A stretch of DNA of 64,000 nt from a virus: positions 7,933 through 71,932 of IMG/VR virus record IMGVR_UViG_3300031963_000094. The stretch is one strand, 5' to 3'. A model generated the notes under the pieces. That model saw only the letters and a list, made by a program, of their open reading frames with translations. It ran no database searches and was not told where the DNA came from. Of this stretch, positions 29,485 to 38,829 are shown piece after piece. The position numbers and the translations under genes are program-made. Position 1 is the first letter of the stretch. Each line of letters begins with the position of its first letter.

Positions 29485-29511
29485 TTCAGAGCATCAAGAG
29501 AGGAATTTTTA

Positions 29512-31461
29512 ATGACTAGACGTTATTCAGGTGGTTTGGTAAGAGCCCTACCTATTTCAGTTGCGACTTCTGGTACAAGCGGCGTCTTTACTGTATCAGA
29601 AGCAATGAACTATATTGCTGCTGGTAAATGGCCACAAAATCTTCTCACTACTGTTTTGACATTTACTGGTTCTGGTGTTTGGACAGCACCGCCTGGCGTT
29701 ACTTCTGTTGATTATCTTGTTGTTGGCGGTGGCGGTGGTGGTGGTGCTGCTTGTAGTGGCACTAACTTTATTGCTGGTGGTGGGGGTGGGGCCGGTGGTT
29801 TTCGCTTAGGCACTAACATGAGTGTTACTCCAGGTGTTGATTATACTATAACTGTTGGTGGTGGGGGCACTGCTGATTCCGTTAGAGCAACTCCTGCTGC
29901 AAATGGTAGTAATAGTTCTTTTGGTAATTCTCCAAACAGTGTTGATGCGACAGGTGGTGGGATGGGGGGTAGGACACACGGACCAGCTGCCCCCACTTTG
30001 GGTTATGCCGGAATAGGTGGATCAGGGGGGGGAGGAACAGCGTCAACAAGTCCACTTGGTGTTACTCCTGGTGGTCAAGGTAATCTTCCTAATGTAACTC
30101 CTGCTCAGGGGTTTGGTGGTGGTGCTGGTTTTACCCCAGGAGTAAATGGTCGAGCCGGTGGTGGTGGTGGTGCTGGTGCAAATGGCAGCACTGGGAACAC
30201 AAGTTCAGCAGGTATGGGTGGCGTAGGCATAGCAAGTTCAATATCTGGAATATCTACTACTTATGCTGGTGGTGGTGGTGGGGCTACTTACTCATGTACG
30301 GGGGGTACTCCACAAGTTTTGGGTACTGCTGGAGCAGGAGGCGCTGGTGGTGGGGGTAGAGGTGGAAATCCACACCCTAATGCCCCTGGCTGGTGTGCAG
30401 CATTACGAGCAAATGGGCAAAATGGCACAGCAAACACTGGTGGCGGCGGTGGTGGCGGCGCAAATCTTGTATCCCCTTTGAGTGGCGCCACATTCGGAGG
30501 TGCTGGTGGTTCAGGTATCGTCATCATTCGTTATGTACAACCTGCAAGTGAAACTACTTACACTTTCAAAACATCGACTAATTGGACAGCACCAACTGGC
30601 GCCACATTGATTGATTATCTTGTCGTTGCTGGTGGTGGAGGTGGCGGAGCAGGAGCATCTACAGGAAACCCAGGTGGTGGTGTCAATTATCTAATTGGTG
30701 GCGGTGGTGGCGCTGGTGGAGTACGCATTGGTACAAACTATCCAGTCACTCCTGGGCAAGTATATCCTATTATTGTTGGTGGTGGTGGTAATCGCAATTC
30801 GGGGACCAGTCCAACCGCAATAACACAAGGGTCTAATGGCACAAATTCCAGTTTTGGAACCACACCAAATCAAATTTCTGCTGCTGGTGGTGGAAGAGGG
30901 TCGGGAGCTATTTGTTTCAGTCACCCAGGCAGTGCTTACGCAGCAGCAAATGGTGGATCGGGTGGTGGTGGAGCCGGCACATATGGCGTTGGATTTGCTA
31001 ATAACACATTAGCGATTGGACAGGGTAATATACCAAACGTGACGCCAGCGCAAGGATTTGGCGGTGGTGCTGGTATAACGACACCAAACGCAAACTCCGG
31101 CGCAGGTGGTGGAGGCGCAAGTGCTAACGGGGCAGCAGGAACTTCGGCTGTACCACGTGCTGGTGGCAATGGTGGTGAGGGTGTTGCTTCTTCAATTACT
31201 GGAGTTTCGACGAGTTATGCTGGCGGTGGTGGTGGTGGCGGATTTGGTCCCGGTGGGTCATCTGGTGGGGCTGGTGGCGGTGGTGCTGGTGGCGGACCAC
31301 CTCCTGCTGCCGGCACAGCACCCGCAGGAAAAATTGGTGCTGCTGGCACAGTGAATACCGGTGGCGGTGGTGGTGGCGGTGGACATTGCAACAACCCCGC
31401 AACCTTTTTCAATTCTGGGGCCGGTGGATCAGGAATCGTTATTATTAAAGTTGTTGGCTAA
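29512..31461 (+). CDS. Glycine-rich putative receptor-binding protein with two tandem Gly-rich domains
   Basis: Two copies of TFT.S..WTAP.G...VDYLVV.GGGGGG...GGGGAGG......V..G..Y.I.VG.GG ... YAGGGGG ... NTGGGGGG ... G.GGSGIVII. Confidence 0.8.
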   Translation: MTRRYSGGLVRALPISVATSGTSGVFTVSEAMNYIAAGKWPQNLLTTVLTFTGSGVWTAPPGVTSVDYLVVGGGGGGGAACSGTNFIAGGGGGAGGFRLGTNMSVTPGVDYTITVGGGGTADSVRATPAANGSNSSFGNSPNSVDATGGGMGGRTHGPAAPTLGYAGIGGSGGGGTASTSPLGVTPGGQGNLPNVTPAQGFGGGAGFTPGVNGRAGGGGGAGANGSTGNTSSAGMGGVGIASSISGISTTYAGGGGGATYSCTGGTPQVLGTAGAGGAGGGGRGGNPHPNAPGWCAALRANGQNGTANTGGGGGGGANLVSPLSGATFGGAGGSGIVIIRYVQPASETTYTFKTSTNWTAPTGATLIDYLVVAGGGGGGAGASTGNPGGGVNYLIGGGGGAGGVRIGTNYPVTPGQVYPIIVGGGGNRNSGTSPTAITQGSNGTNSSFGTTPNQISAAGGGRGSGAICFSHPGSAYAAANGGSGGGGAGTYGVGFANNTLAIGQGNIPNVTPAQGFGGGAGITTPNANSGAGGGGASANGAAGTSAVPRAGGNGGEGVASSITGVSTSYAGGGGGGGFGPGGSSGGAGGGGAGGGPPPAAGTAPAGKIGAAGTVNTGGGGGGGGHCNNPATFFNSGAGGSGIVIIKVVG

Positions 31462-31480
31462 TTAGTTATTTGGAGTGATT

Positions 31481-31732
31481 ATGGAAAAAATATATCAATT
31501 ATATGGAATAGATACAGCAGTTCATTTATTACGACCAGGCGCAACTTGGGAAATAAGTAATATGGGTTTTAGCAAATGGGATGATCCTAGACCATGCCCA
31601 ACTATGGAAGAAGTAAAAGAGTGTATGGAAAAACTAAAGCAATTAGAAGATTCCATAGATACACAGTGGCGTGACGATCAACTTAAAGAATTTGGTATAC
31701 AAGAAAAAGTATTGTCTGAACAATTAAAATGA
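31481..31732 (+). CDS. Fibre-associated protein (XkdW-like)
   Basis: TAVHLLRPGA.WEI......W.DPRPCPT.EEV; SD GGAG at 31472 favours ATG 31481. Confidence 0.6.
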   Translation: MEKIYQLYGIDTAVHLLRPGATWEISNMGFSKWDDPRPCPTMEEVKECMEKLKQLEDSIDTQWRDDQLKEFGIQEKVLSEQLK

Positions 31733-31750
31733 AAGTTACAAGGAGATAAA

Positions 31751-32131
31751 ATGGCACACTTTGCCGAATTAGATCATAATAATGTAGTTCTTCGTGTTAT
31801 CGTTGTTGATAACAGAGATACATCTACACCAAACGGCACTGAAAAAGAATCTATTGGTGCCGCATTTTGTGAAAGACTTTTTGGTGGTCGTTGGGTACAA
31901 ACAAGTTATAACGGCAATTTTCGTAAAAGATATGCTGGTCAAGGAATGATTTACCATGAAGGTGCTGATGCTTTTATTCCCCCTTCACCATTTCCATCTT
32001 GGACACTTGATTTAGGAACAGCCGATTGGGTAGCGCCTGTGCCAAAACCCGATGGTAACTATGTTTGGAACGAAACTGATGGTGTTTGGGATCCTGCTCC
32101 CGATCCTGTTTCCCCACCTACAGAAGAATAG
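31751..32131 (+). CDS. Conserved phage protein accompanying Gly-rich fibres (MAHFA type; probable chaperone)
   Basis: MAHFAELD.NN.V.RVIVV.N...E.IG..FC.......W.QTSYN..FRK.YAG.G..Y....DAFI.P.P.PSW.L...W.APV. Confidence 0.7.
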   Translation: MAHFAELDHNNVVLRVIVVDNRDTSTPNGTEKESIGAAFCERLFGGRWVQTSYNGNFRKRYAGQGMIYHEGADAFIPPSPFPSWTLDLGTADWVAPVPKPDGNYVWNETDGVWDPAPDPVSPPTEE

Positions 32132-32151
32132 ATTATATTTTTAAATAATAG

Positions 32152-32178
32152 AACCCCCACATATGTGGGGGTTTTTTT
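32152..32178 (+). terminator. Rho-independent terminator
   Basis: aacccccac-atat-gtgggggtt stem-loop followed by a T run. Confidence 0.9.
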
Positions 32179-32193
32179 ACGCTTCCAAGATTG

Positions 32194-32201
32194 ACTAAAT
32201 A
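32194..32201 (+). promoter_or_regulatory. Late promoter ACTAAATA
   Basis: Just after the terminator, upstream of SD AAGGAG and TTG start 32223. Confidence 0.65.
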
Positions 32202-32222
32202 GACGATTAGAAGGAGACAATC

Positions 32223-32558
32223 TTGGCGGCATACGTAGAAATCACTATTGAGCAAGGTGCAAACCTCACATCAACTGTCACTGTAAATGATGTACAAGGT
32301 GACTCCGTAAATCTCACAACTTATTCTGCTTCTGCTCAATTACGCAAATCTTATTATTCTTCATCAGCAAACACACTCACAGCGATCATTACTGGGAATG
32401 CTAACGGTCAAATCACACTTTCAATGACTGCTGCGAACACATCAAACTTAACTCCTGGTCGCTATGTTTATGATTTGATTATCAGAAACTCGACTGACAA
32501 TTCTGTGACACGTGTAGTAGAAGGCACTGCTGTTGTTCTTCCATCAGTTACGAGGTAA
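32223..32558 (+). CDS. Conserved virion protein (Ig/BppU-like small beta protein)
   Basis: I.IEQGA.......V........NLT.YSA.AQLRKSY.S......G.ITLS.TA..T..L..GRYVYD..I......V.RVVEG...V.P.VT. Confidence 0.7.
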   Translation: MAAYVEITIEQGANLTSTVTVNDVQGDSVNLTTYSASAQLRKSYYSSSANTLTAIITGNANGQITLSMTAANTSNLTPGRYVYDLIIRNSTDNSVTRVVEGTAVVLPSVTR

Positions 32559-32561
32559 TTC

Positions 32562-32813
32562 ATGCCAGATTTAGGTCCAGTTACGGTTGGTCAACCTAAC
32601 TTAGGTTCTGTTACAGTTTTTCAACCGAATAGAGCAACACTTACATCACCGAACTTTAAACCAAAACCAAATGTAACATTGGCAGAAATAAATGATGTGT
32701 CCACAGAAGGCGTTCAAGATGGATATTCTTTAGTGTTTGACTCAGCAAACAATCGTTTTGAAATGAAAATTGCTACTACCGTTTTAGGAAATCTTGACGG
32801 CGGATTATTCTAA
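32562..32813 (+). CDS. Short virion linker protein ending LDGGLF
   Basis: L....DV......DG..LV.D.....F motif and C-terminal DGG.F. Confidence 0.6.
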   Translation: MPDLGPVTVGQPNLGSVTVFQPNRATLTSPNFKPKPNVTLAEINDVSTEGVQDGYSLVFDSANNRFEMKIATTVLGNLDGGLF

Positions 32814-32822
32814 GAATTATAA

Positions 32823-35800
32823 ATGTCAAATACATCAATTCAAATAAAGCGTTCGCTAACAACAAATACACCTGTATCACTCAACATTGGTGAACCAGCG
32901 TATTCGTATAGTAGTAACACATTATTCATTGGTTCACCAGCGGAAACAGGTGCTATTCCTATTGGTGGACATGATTCATATCTTCGTGGACTTACATCAT
33001 ATGAACAAGCTAATATAGCATTTCGTACAGCAAATGCTGCTTCAATTCGTGCTAACAATTCGCTAAACGCCAACTCTGGTGGCACAATTACTGGTGATGT
33101 TCTGATTCAAGGTAATCTGAATATCGTTGGTGGTTCGATTGGTGCCAATGTACCTGTCGTATTGATCGGTGATAATATTATCACACTGAATACAGCGATT
33201 AGTCAGTCGGGTCAACCGACAATGAATGCTGGTATTGAAATTGATCGTGGCGCACAACCGAATGTTTATTTGTTGTGGAATGAAACTGACAACAAATGGA
33301 CATTTACGAATGATGGCGTAAACTATGATGATCTGGGTGGTTCAGCGACAGCATCGTATGCTAACTCAGCTTTCGTACAAGCAAACTCGGCATTCTTACA
33401 TGCTAATTATTCTTTTGATCAAGCAAATTCTGGATTTACACAAGCTAATTCTTCGTTCTTTCATGCGAATGCTGCGTATCTACATGCGAATGCCGCATAT
33501 ACAAGTCAAAACACAAGCGGTATTAGAGCAAACTCGGCATATGAACAAGCCAACGCAGCATACATTCATGCTAACTCGGCATTTCAGTTTCAAAACGCAT
33601 CTGGTAATTATGCGAACTCTGGATTCATTCAAGCCAACTCAGCATATCATCATGCGAATGCTGCTTTTGTAAATGCCAATAGTACATTTGCTACTACTAA
33701 CTCCGCATTCATTCACGCAAATGCCGCATACGCAAGTCAAAACACAACTGGCATAAGAGCAAACTCTGGATTTGTACAAGCCAACTCTGCATTCTTTCAT
33801 GCGAATGCTGCTTTCGCAAATGCCAACGGTGCTTTTGCTTCAGCCAATGCTGCTTTTGCAAATGCGAATGGCGCTTTTGCTTCAGCGAATGCTGCATACA
33901 TTCAAGCAAATTCTGGATTCATAAAAACTAATGCGGCGTTTGATCATGCTAATGCTGCTTTTGCTTCGGCAAATAATGTAGCACCACAGGTACAACCAGC
34001 ATTCAACACCGCCAATGCGGCATTTATACAAGCGAATTCAAGTTTTATACATGTCAATTCTAGCTTTCATCATGCGAATGCTGCTTTTGCAAATGCGAAT
34101 GGTGCTTTTGCTAGAGCCAACGCTGCCTTTGCGAATGCCAACGGTGCTTTTGCTTCAGCGAATGCGGCATTCAACACAGCCAACGCTGCATTTATTCGTG
34201 CCAATAATTCACTAAACGCAAACGTTGGTGGTCAAGTTACTGGTGATGTTACTATTGTTGGTAATGTTACATCGAACACACTGACAACAACAGGTTCAAA
34301 CGGTAGTATTACGGGTGCTAATGCTATCTTTTCAAATTATTTCTTTGGCGCAAACGGTACAGTAGACATGTATGTCTACACATCATATGCTTTTGCAAAT
34401 GCCAATGGTGCTTTTGCTTCAGCCAATGCTGCTTTCGCAAATGCTAATGGTGCTTTTGCTGCTGCTAATGGTGCATATATTCAAGCCAATAGTGCATTTA
34501 TAAAAACAAATGCTGCTTTTGACCATGCAAATGCAGCATATCTTTCACAGAATGCTACTGGTCAATATGCGAATGCCGCATTCATTCATGCCAATTCGAG
34601 CTTCATAAAAACCAATGCTGCGTTTGATCATGCTAATGCTGCTTATATTTCACAGAATGCTACAGGTCAATATGCGAATGCGGCATTCATTCGTGCCAAC
34701 AATTCGTTAAATGCAAATCTTGGTGGCACAGTTACCGCTAATGTTACAATTAATGCTAATCTAACAACACAAAATGTATTTGTTGGTTCGTATATTGATT
34801 TAAACACTTCATCTTCTATACCACCAAGAAACGAAGGTCGTATTTTTTACGAAAACGATCAGAAGACTTTAGCATATAACAACGAATCTGATAATACGAT
34901 TCAACTTGGTCAAGAAACAGTAATTCGTGTATGGAATAATTCTGGTACTACAATTGCCAGAGGTAAAGTTGCTCGTATAGGTGGTGACGCATCGGCAAAT
35001 GGTTTCCCCGCTGTTGCTCTTGCTTCGGCAACTCTTGCTGAGAATGCTGAAGTTGTTGGTGTTACTTCTACTACGATTGCAAATAATGATTATGGTTATG
35101 TAACGATACATGGTAAAATAAGAGGACTTAACACTTCGTTATTGACTGCTGGTCAAGAGTTGTTCTTGTCCGATACACCAGGTGAATATCAAACAACTCC
35201 ACCAGCAACACCAAGTGTGCCAATGGCAATTGGTTATGTCACTCTGTCTGATGTAACAGACGGTTCGATTCTTGTCTATTCTCATTTGATGGAAGGCAAG
35301 AATAAAACAAACGGTGCTATTCTGTTTGGTCGCAATGGTGCTATTGACCAAGATCCTACTAAACTGTATTGGGATTATGTCAATGACCGTTTAGGTATTG
35401 ATACAGACAGCCCACAAGCAAACCTACACGTTGCTGGTGATGGTTTGTTCACAGGTAATCTGACCATTACAGGCAATCTGGTAGTTAGTAATGCTCAAAC
35501 AATTACTACAGATCAATTGTTTATTGGTGGTAACAATGTAATTCTGAGTGCCAATGTTGTTGGTACACCATCACTCAATGCTGCGATCATTGTCAATCGT
35601 GGCGACTCACCTAACGCATACATTCTTTGGGATGAAACTGTCAATGAATGGTTAGCATACGAAGGCACTGGTGAACCTGGTCATATTCTTCTTGCGAATA
35701 AAACTGCGAACAGTTGGTTAGTATATAACACTTTTGAAGCATACGAAAAAGAATTTTATCCTATTGGTGCGAATCTTGCAAACAGCACTAATGAACTTGC

Positions 35801-38285
35801 TAAAGCAGGATTTGCGACTGCGAACATTGCAGAAAACTTAGCAATTGCAAGTTTCAAACATGCAAATTCTGGCTTCATTCAAGCGAACTCATCATATGCT
35901 CATGCCAATGCCGCTTATGTGTCTCAAAATGCTACTGGTCAATATGCGAATGCTTCGTTCATAATCGCAAATTCTGGATTTATACAAGCCAACGCATCTT
36001 TTAATCACGCCAATGCTGCGTTTGCTGCTGCGAACAATGTAGCACCACAAGTTCAACCGTCATACGATACTGCTAATGCTGCGTTTATTCATGCTAACGC
36101 ATCATTTGTAAAAGCAAACACTGCCGATTCAAATGCTTTGTCTGCTGGCTCATATGCTAACTCTGCGTTTGATCATGCTAATGCTGCTTTTGCTTCAGCA
36201 AATAACGTAGCACCACAAGTACAACCAGCATTCAACACAGCAAATTCAGCATTCATTCAAGCCAACGCATCATTCGACCATGCTAATGCTGCTTTTGCTT
36301 CGGCAAATAATGTAGCACCACAAGTACAGCCAGCATTCAACACTGCTAATGCGGCATTCATTCAAGCAAATGCGGCATTCATTCAAGCAAATGCGGCATT
36401 TATTCATGTCAATGCTTCGTTCGATAAAGCAAACACTGCCGATATAAATGCGCTGTCTGCCGGTTCATATGCTAACAGTGGATTCATTCATGCGAATGCT
36501 GCGTTTGGTAAAGCCAACAATGCTGATGCGAATGCTTTGTCAGCTGGATCTTATGCCAACTCTGCGTTTGCTGCTGCGAACAATGTAGCACCACAAATAC
36601 AACCAGCATATGATACAGCTAATGCTGCTTTCATACAAGCAAATGCGGCATTTATACACGCCAACGCTTCGTTCGACAAAGCAAACAATGCTGATTCAAA
36701 TGCTACATCGGCGGGAGTATATGCTAATGGTGCATATGTTCATGCGAACGCTGCTTTTGCTGCTGCTAATAATGTGTTTCCGCAAGTTCAGCCGGCGTTT
36801 CATACCGCTAATGCGGCATTTATTCAAGCCAATGCTAGTATTCTTCACGCACAGTCTGCTTTCCATCACGCAAATGCTGGATATGTGGCAGCAAACACCG
36901 CCGACGGTAAAGCAGTAACATCAGGTGACTATGCGAATGCGGCATTTATTGTTGCCAATGCTACGACAATTCAAGCAAATGCTGGATTTAATCATGCGAA
37001 CTCTGGCTTTACACAAGCAAACTCAGCATTTTTCCATGCGAATAGTGGCTTTATTCAGGCGAATGCTTCTTACAATCAGGCAAACGCATCATTTATCGTA
37101 GCTAACGCAACATCAACGCAGGCTAACGCAGCATTCGATCATGCTAATGCCGCTTTTGCTTCGGCAAACAATGTAGCACCACAAGTACAACCAGCGTTTA
37201 ATACTGCCAATGCGGCATTCTTGCAAGCCAATGCCGCTTTTGATAAAGCAAATACTGGTGCTAATGCTGAAGTTAGAAGTTTCTCTACAACATCAAATGG
37301 TGCTGTTTCTACATATGCTTTAGGGTTTACACCAACATCAAATACAGCAGTAATTGTTTCAATTGGTGGTATTGTACAAACTGAACTTGCTGATTATGAA
37401 GTAAATCGTTCGAACAGTTCGATCTCATTCAATGAGCCTCCACCTGCTGGAGAATCTGTTCGTGTAGCAGGATTCAATAATGTAAATCTTTATACTCTTG
37501 ATGTTGCGAACTCTGCTGGTGCCATTGTTGTTTCGTATAATGGTATTGGTGATGGTGTAACGCAGGGCTTTAATTTAGGATTTAGACCGGAATCTGGCAA
37601 CGCCATCTTTGTTTCAATTGGTGGTATTTTACAACCCGAAGACGCATATACTGTAAATCCATCAACAAATAACATTACGTTTATTACCGCTCCTGGCAAC
37701 GGAGAAAATATTCGTGTAGTTGGATATGACAAAGTTAATCCATACTTTGTTCAATATGTCAGTTCAAATGTTTCAGTATCAACATTCGAAACAGTTGCGA
37801 ATGGTAACTTCACGACATTTAACTTAGGATTTTTACCACAAGCACGTGAAGTGTTGATCGTTTCTGTTGATGGTGTTATTCAACCAATTACATCATACAC
37901 AGTCAACAATATTCAACAAACAATTACTTTTGACGGTGCTCCTGCTAGTGGTGAATTAGTTCGTGTCATTACAATGTACACGACAGCAAATGCTTTCATC
38001 ACACCAGATGGTTCGATTAGTTTAGCCAAACTTGACACTCAGTTATACAATCTGATATACAATTCAAGTAATGTAGCGAATAACATTTCTAATACAGCAA
38101 ATATTGCAATTGCAAATGTTCAGGCAAGTGCTAATGCTACATTGAATACAGTTTCAAATACAGTCAACGCTTCGTTTATTACAGCTAATGCCGCTTTCAT
38201 ACAAGCAAACGCAGCATTTATTCAAGCAAATACTGCCGCATCTACTGGGAAGGCAATTGCTATGGCTCTTGTATTTGGAGGATAA
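32823..38285 (+). CDS. Very long fibre protein with ANxxF/Y heptad coiled-coil segments
   Basis: 1820 aa; N-terminal IQIKRS....P..L..GE.AY......LFIG fibre-attachment motif; four heptad blocks; duplicated I.DN.I.L...AG.E..RG...LW.E...W domain; three C-terminal beta domains; ends GKAIAMALVFGG. Confidence 0.8.
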   Translation: MSNTSIQIKRSLTTNTPVSLNIGEPAYSYSSNTLFIGSPAETGAIPIGGHDSYLRGLTSYEQANIAFRTANAASIRANNSLNANSGGTITGDVLIQGNLNIVGGSIGANVPVVLIGDNIITLNTAISQSGQPTMNAGIEIDRGAQPNVYLLWNETDNKWTFTNDGVNYDDLGGSATASYANSAFVQANSAFLHANYSFDQANSGFTQANSSFFHANAAYLHANAAYTSQNTSGIRANSAYEQANAAYIHANSAFQFQNASGNYANSGFIQANSAYHHANAAFVNANSTFATTNSAFIHANAAYASQNTTGIRANSGFVQANSAFFHANAAFANANGAFASANAAFANANGAFASANAAYIQANSGFIKTNAAFDHANAAFASANNVAPQVQPAFNTANAAFIQANSSFIHVNSSFHHANAAFANANGAFARANAAFANANGAFASANAAFNTANAAFIRANNSLNANVGGQVTGDVTIVGNVTSNTLTTTGSNGSITGANAIFSNYFFGANGTVDMYVYTSYAFANANGAFASANAAFANANGAFAAANGAYIQANSAFIKTNAAFDHANAAYLSQNATGQYANAAFIHANSSFIKTNAAFDHANAAYISQNATGQYANAAFIRANNSLNANLGGTVTANVTINANLTTQNVFVGSYIDLNTSSSIPPRNEGRIFYENDQKTLAYNNESDNTIQLGQETVIRVWNNSGTTIARGKVARIGGDASANGFPAVALASATLAENAEVVGVTSTTIANNDYGYVTIHGKIRGLNTSLLTAGQELFLSDTPGEYQTTPPATPSVPMAIGYVTLSDVTDGSILVYSHLMEGKNKTNGAILFGRNGAIDQDPTKLYWDYVNDRLGIDTDSPQANLHVAGDGLFTGNLTITGNLVVSNAQTITTDQLFIGGNNVILSANVVGTPSLNAAIIVNRGDSPNAYILWDETVNEWLAYEGTGEPGHILLANKTANSWLVYNTFEAYEKEFYPIGANLANSTNELAKAGFATANIAENLAIASFKHANSGFIQANSSYAHANAAYVSQNATGQYANASFIIANSGFIQANASFNHANAAFAAANNVAPQVQPSYDTANAAFIHANASFVKANTADSNALSAGSYANSAFDHANAAFASANNVAPQVQPAFNTANSAFIQANASFDHANAAFASANNVAPQVQPAFNTANAAFIQANAAFIQANAAFIHVNASFDKANTADINALSAGSYANSGFIHANAAFGKANNADANALSAGSYANSAFAAANNVAPQIQPAYDTANAAFIQANAAFIHANASFDKANNADSNATSAGVYANGAYVHANAAFAAANNVFPQVQPAFHTANAAFIQANASILHAQSAFHHANAGYVAANTADGKAVTSGDYANAAFIVANATTIQANAGFNHANSGFTQANSAFFHANSGFIQANASYNQANASFIVANATSTQANAAFDHANAAFASANNVAPQVQPAFNTANAAFLQANAAFDKANTGANAEVRSFSTTSNGAVSTYALGFTPTSNTAVIVSIGGIVQTELADYEVNRSNSSISFNEPPPAGESVRVAGFNNVNLYTLDVANSAGAIVVSYNGIGDGVTQGFNLGFRPESGNAIFVSIGGILQPEDAYTVNPSTNNITFITAPGNGENIRVVGYDKVNPYFVQYVSSNVSVSTFETVANGNFTTFNLGFLPQAREVLIVSVDGVIQPITSYTVNNIQQTITFDGAPASGELVRVITMYTTANAFITPDGSISLAKLDTQLYNLIYNSSNVANNISNTANIAIANVQASANATLNTVSNTVNASFITANAAFIQANAAFIQANTAASTGKAIAMALVFGG
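33345..37256 (+). repeat. Degenerate 21-bp (heptad) coding repeats, with 7 copies of an ANNV(A/F)PQ(V/I)QP super-repeat
   Basis: ANAAF/ANSAF/ANGAF periodicity in ~33345-34215, ~34380-34700 and ~35820-37256; super-repeats near 33970, 36030, 36200, 36305, 36578, 36768, 37165. Confidence 0.85.
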
Positions 38286-38288
38286 CAA

Positions 38289-38771
38289 ATGTTACAAACA
38301 ATAGGTTCCGCTAGAATAGCAAACAGTGCAGTAACAACTGTCAAGATAGCAGATTATGCCGTTACAAACACCAAAATTGCCAATGCTGCCATCACTGTAG
38401 AAAATATCTCAGCGGATACTTTACCTAATTACGACTTAGATGATATATCATATCTGGCAGATGGAAATACATTAAATTTTCCATTAAGATATAACACAAC
38501 AAATGTATCTGTCAGAGATCCGTCAAGTTTGATGATAATTGTAAATGGTACAATACAGAAACCTTATGCGAACACCTATGGTTCAAACACTTGGATAACT
38601 AACATATATGCCCCCGATGGTGGTTATATGTTAGACAGTGATGGTACAATTCGTTTCTCCGAACCCGTACCGAACGGGTCAACAATTCAAATAAGAGTCG
38701 TTCCTGGCATCGCAAATACCGTTCAGAGAACTTATCCTTACCGACCAATCGATATTATGATTGGCGAATAA
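38289..38771 (+). CDS. Small virion fibre-associated protein
   Basis: AVTT.KIA repeats followed by LDDIS...DG....F.L...VNG..Q.P.....I.F..P...G domain. Confidence 0.6.
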   Translation: MLQTIGSARIANSAVTTVKIADYAVTNTKIANAAITVENISADTLPNYDLDDISYLADGNTLNFPLRYNTTNVSVRDPSSLMIIVNGTIQKPYANTYGSNTWITNIYAPDGGYMLDSDGTIRFSEPVPNGSTIQIRVVPGIANTVQRTYPYRPIDIMIGE

Positions 38772-38774
38772 AAG

Positions 38775-38782
38775 ACTAAATA
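38775..38782 (+). promoter_or_regulatory. Late promoter ACTAAATA
   Basis: Intergenic, upstream of 38830 (SD GGAG). Confidence 0.55.
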
Positions 38783-38829
38783 GTAGAGATTTTAAAAAAT
38801 AATCAATTACCCAATTATTTGGAGTCGAA

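Noticed and set aside
33345-37256. Recurring DNA repeats resembling a CRISPR array
   Set aside because: Repeats are degenerate at third codon positions, in frame within one long ORF, with no constant repeat/unique spacer pattern and no cas genes
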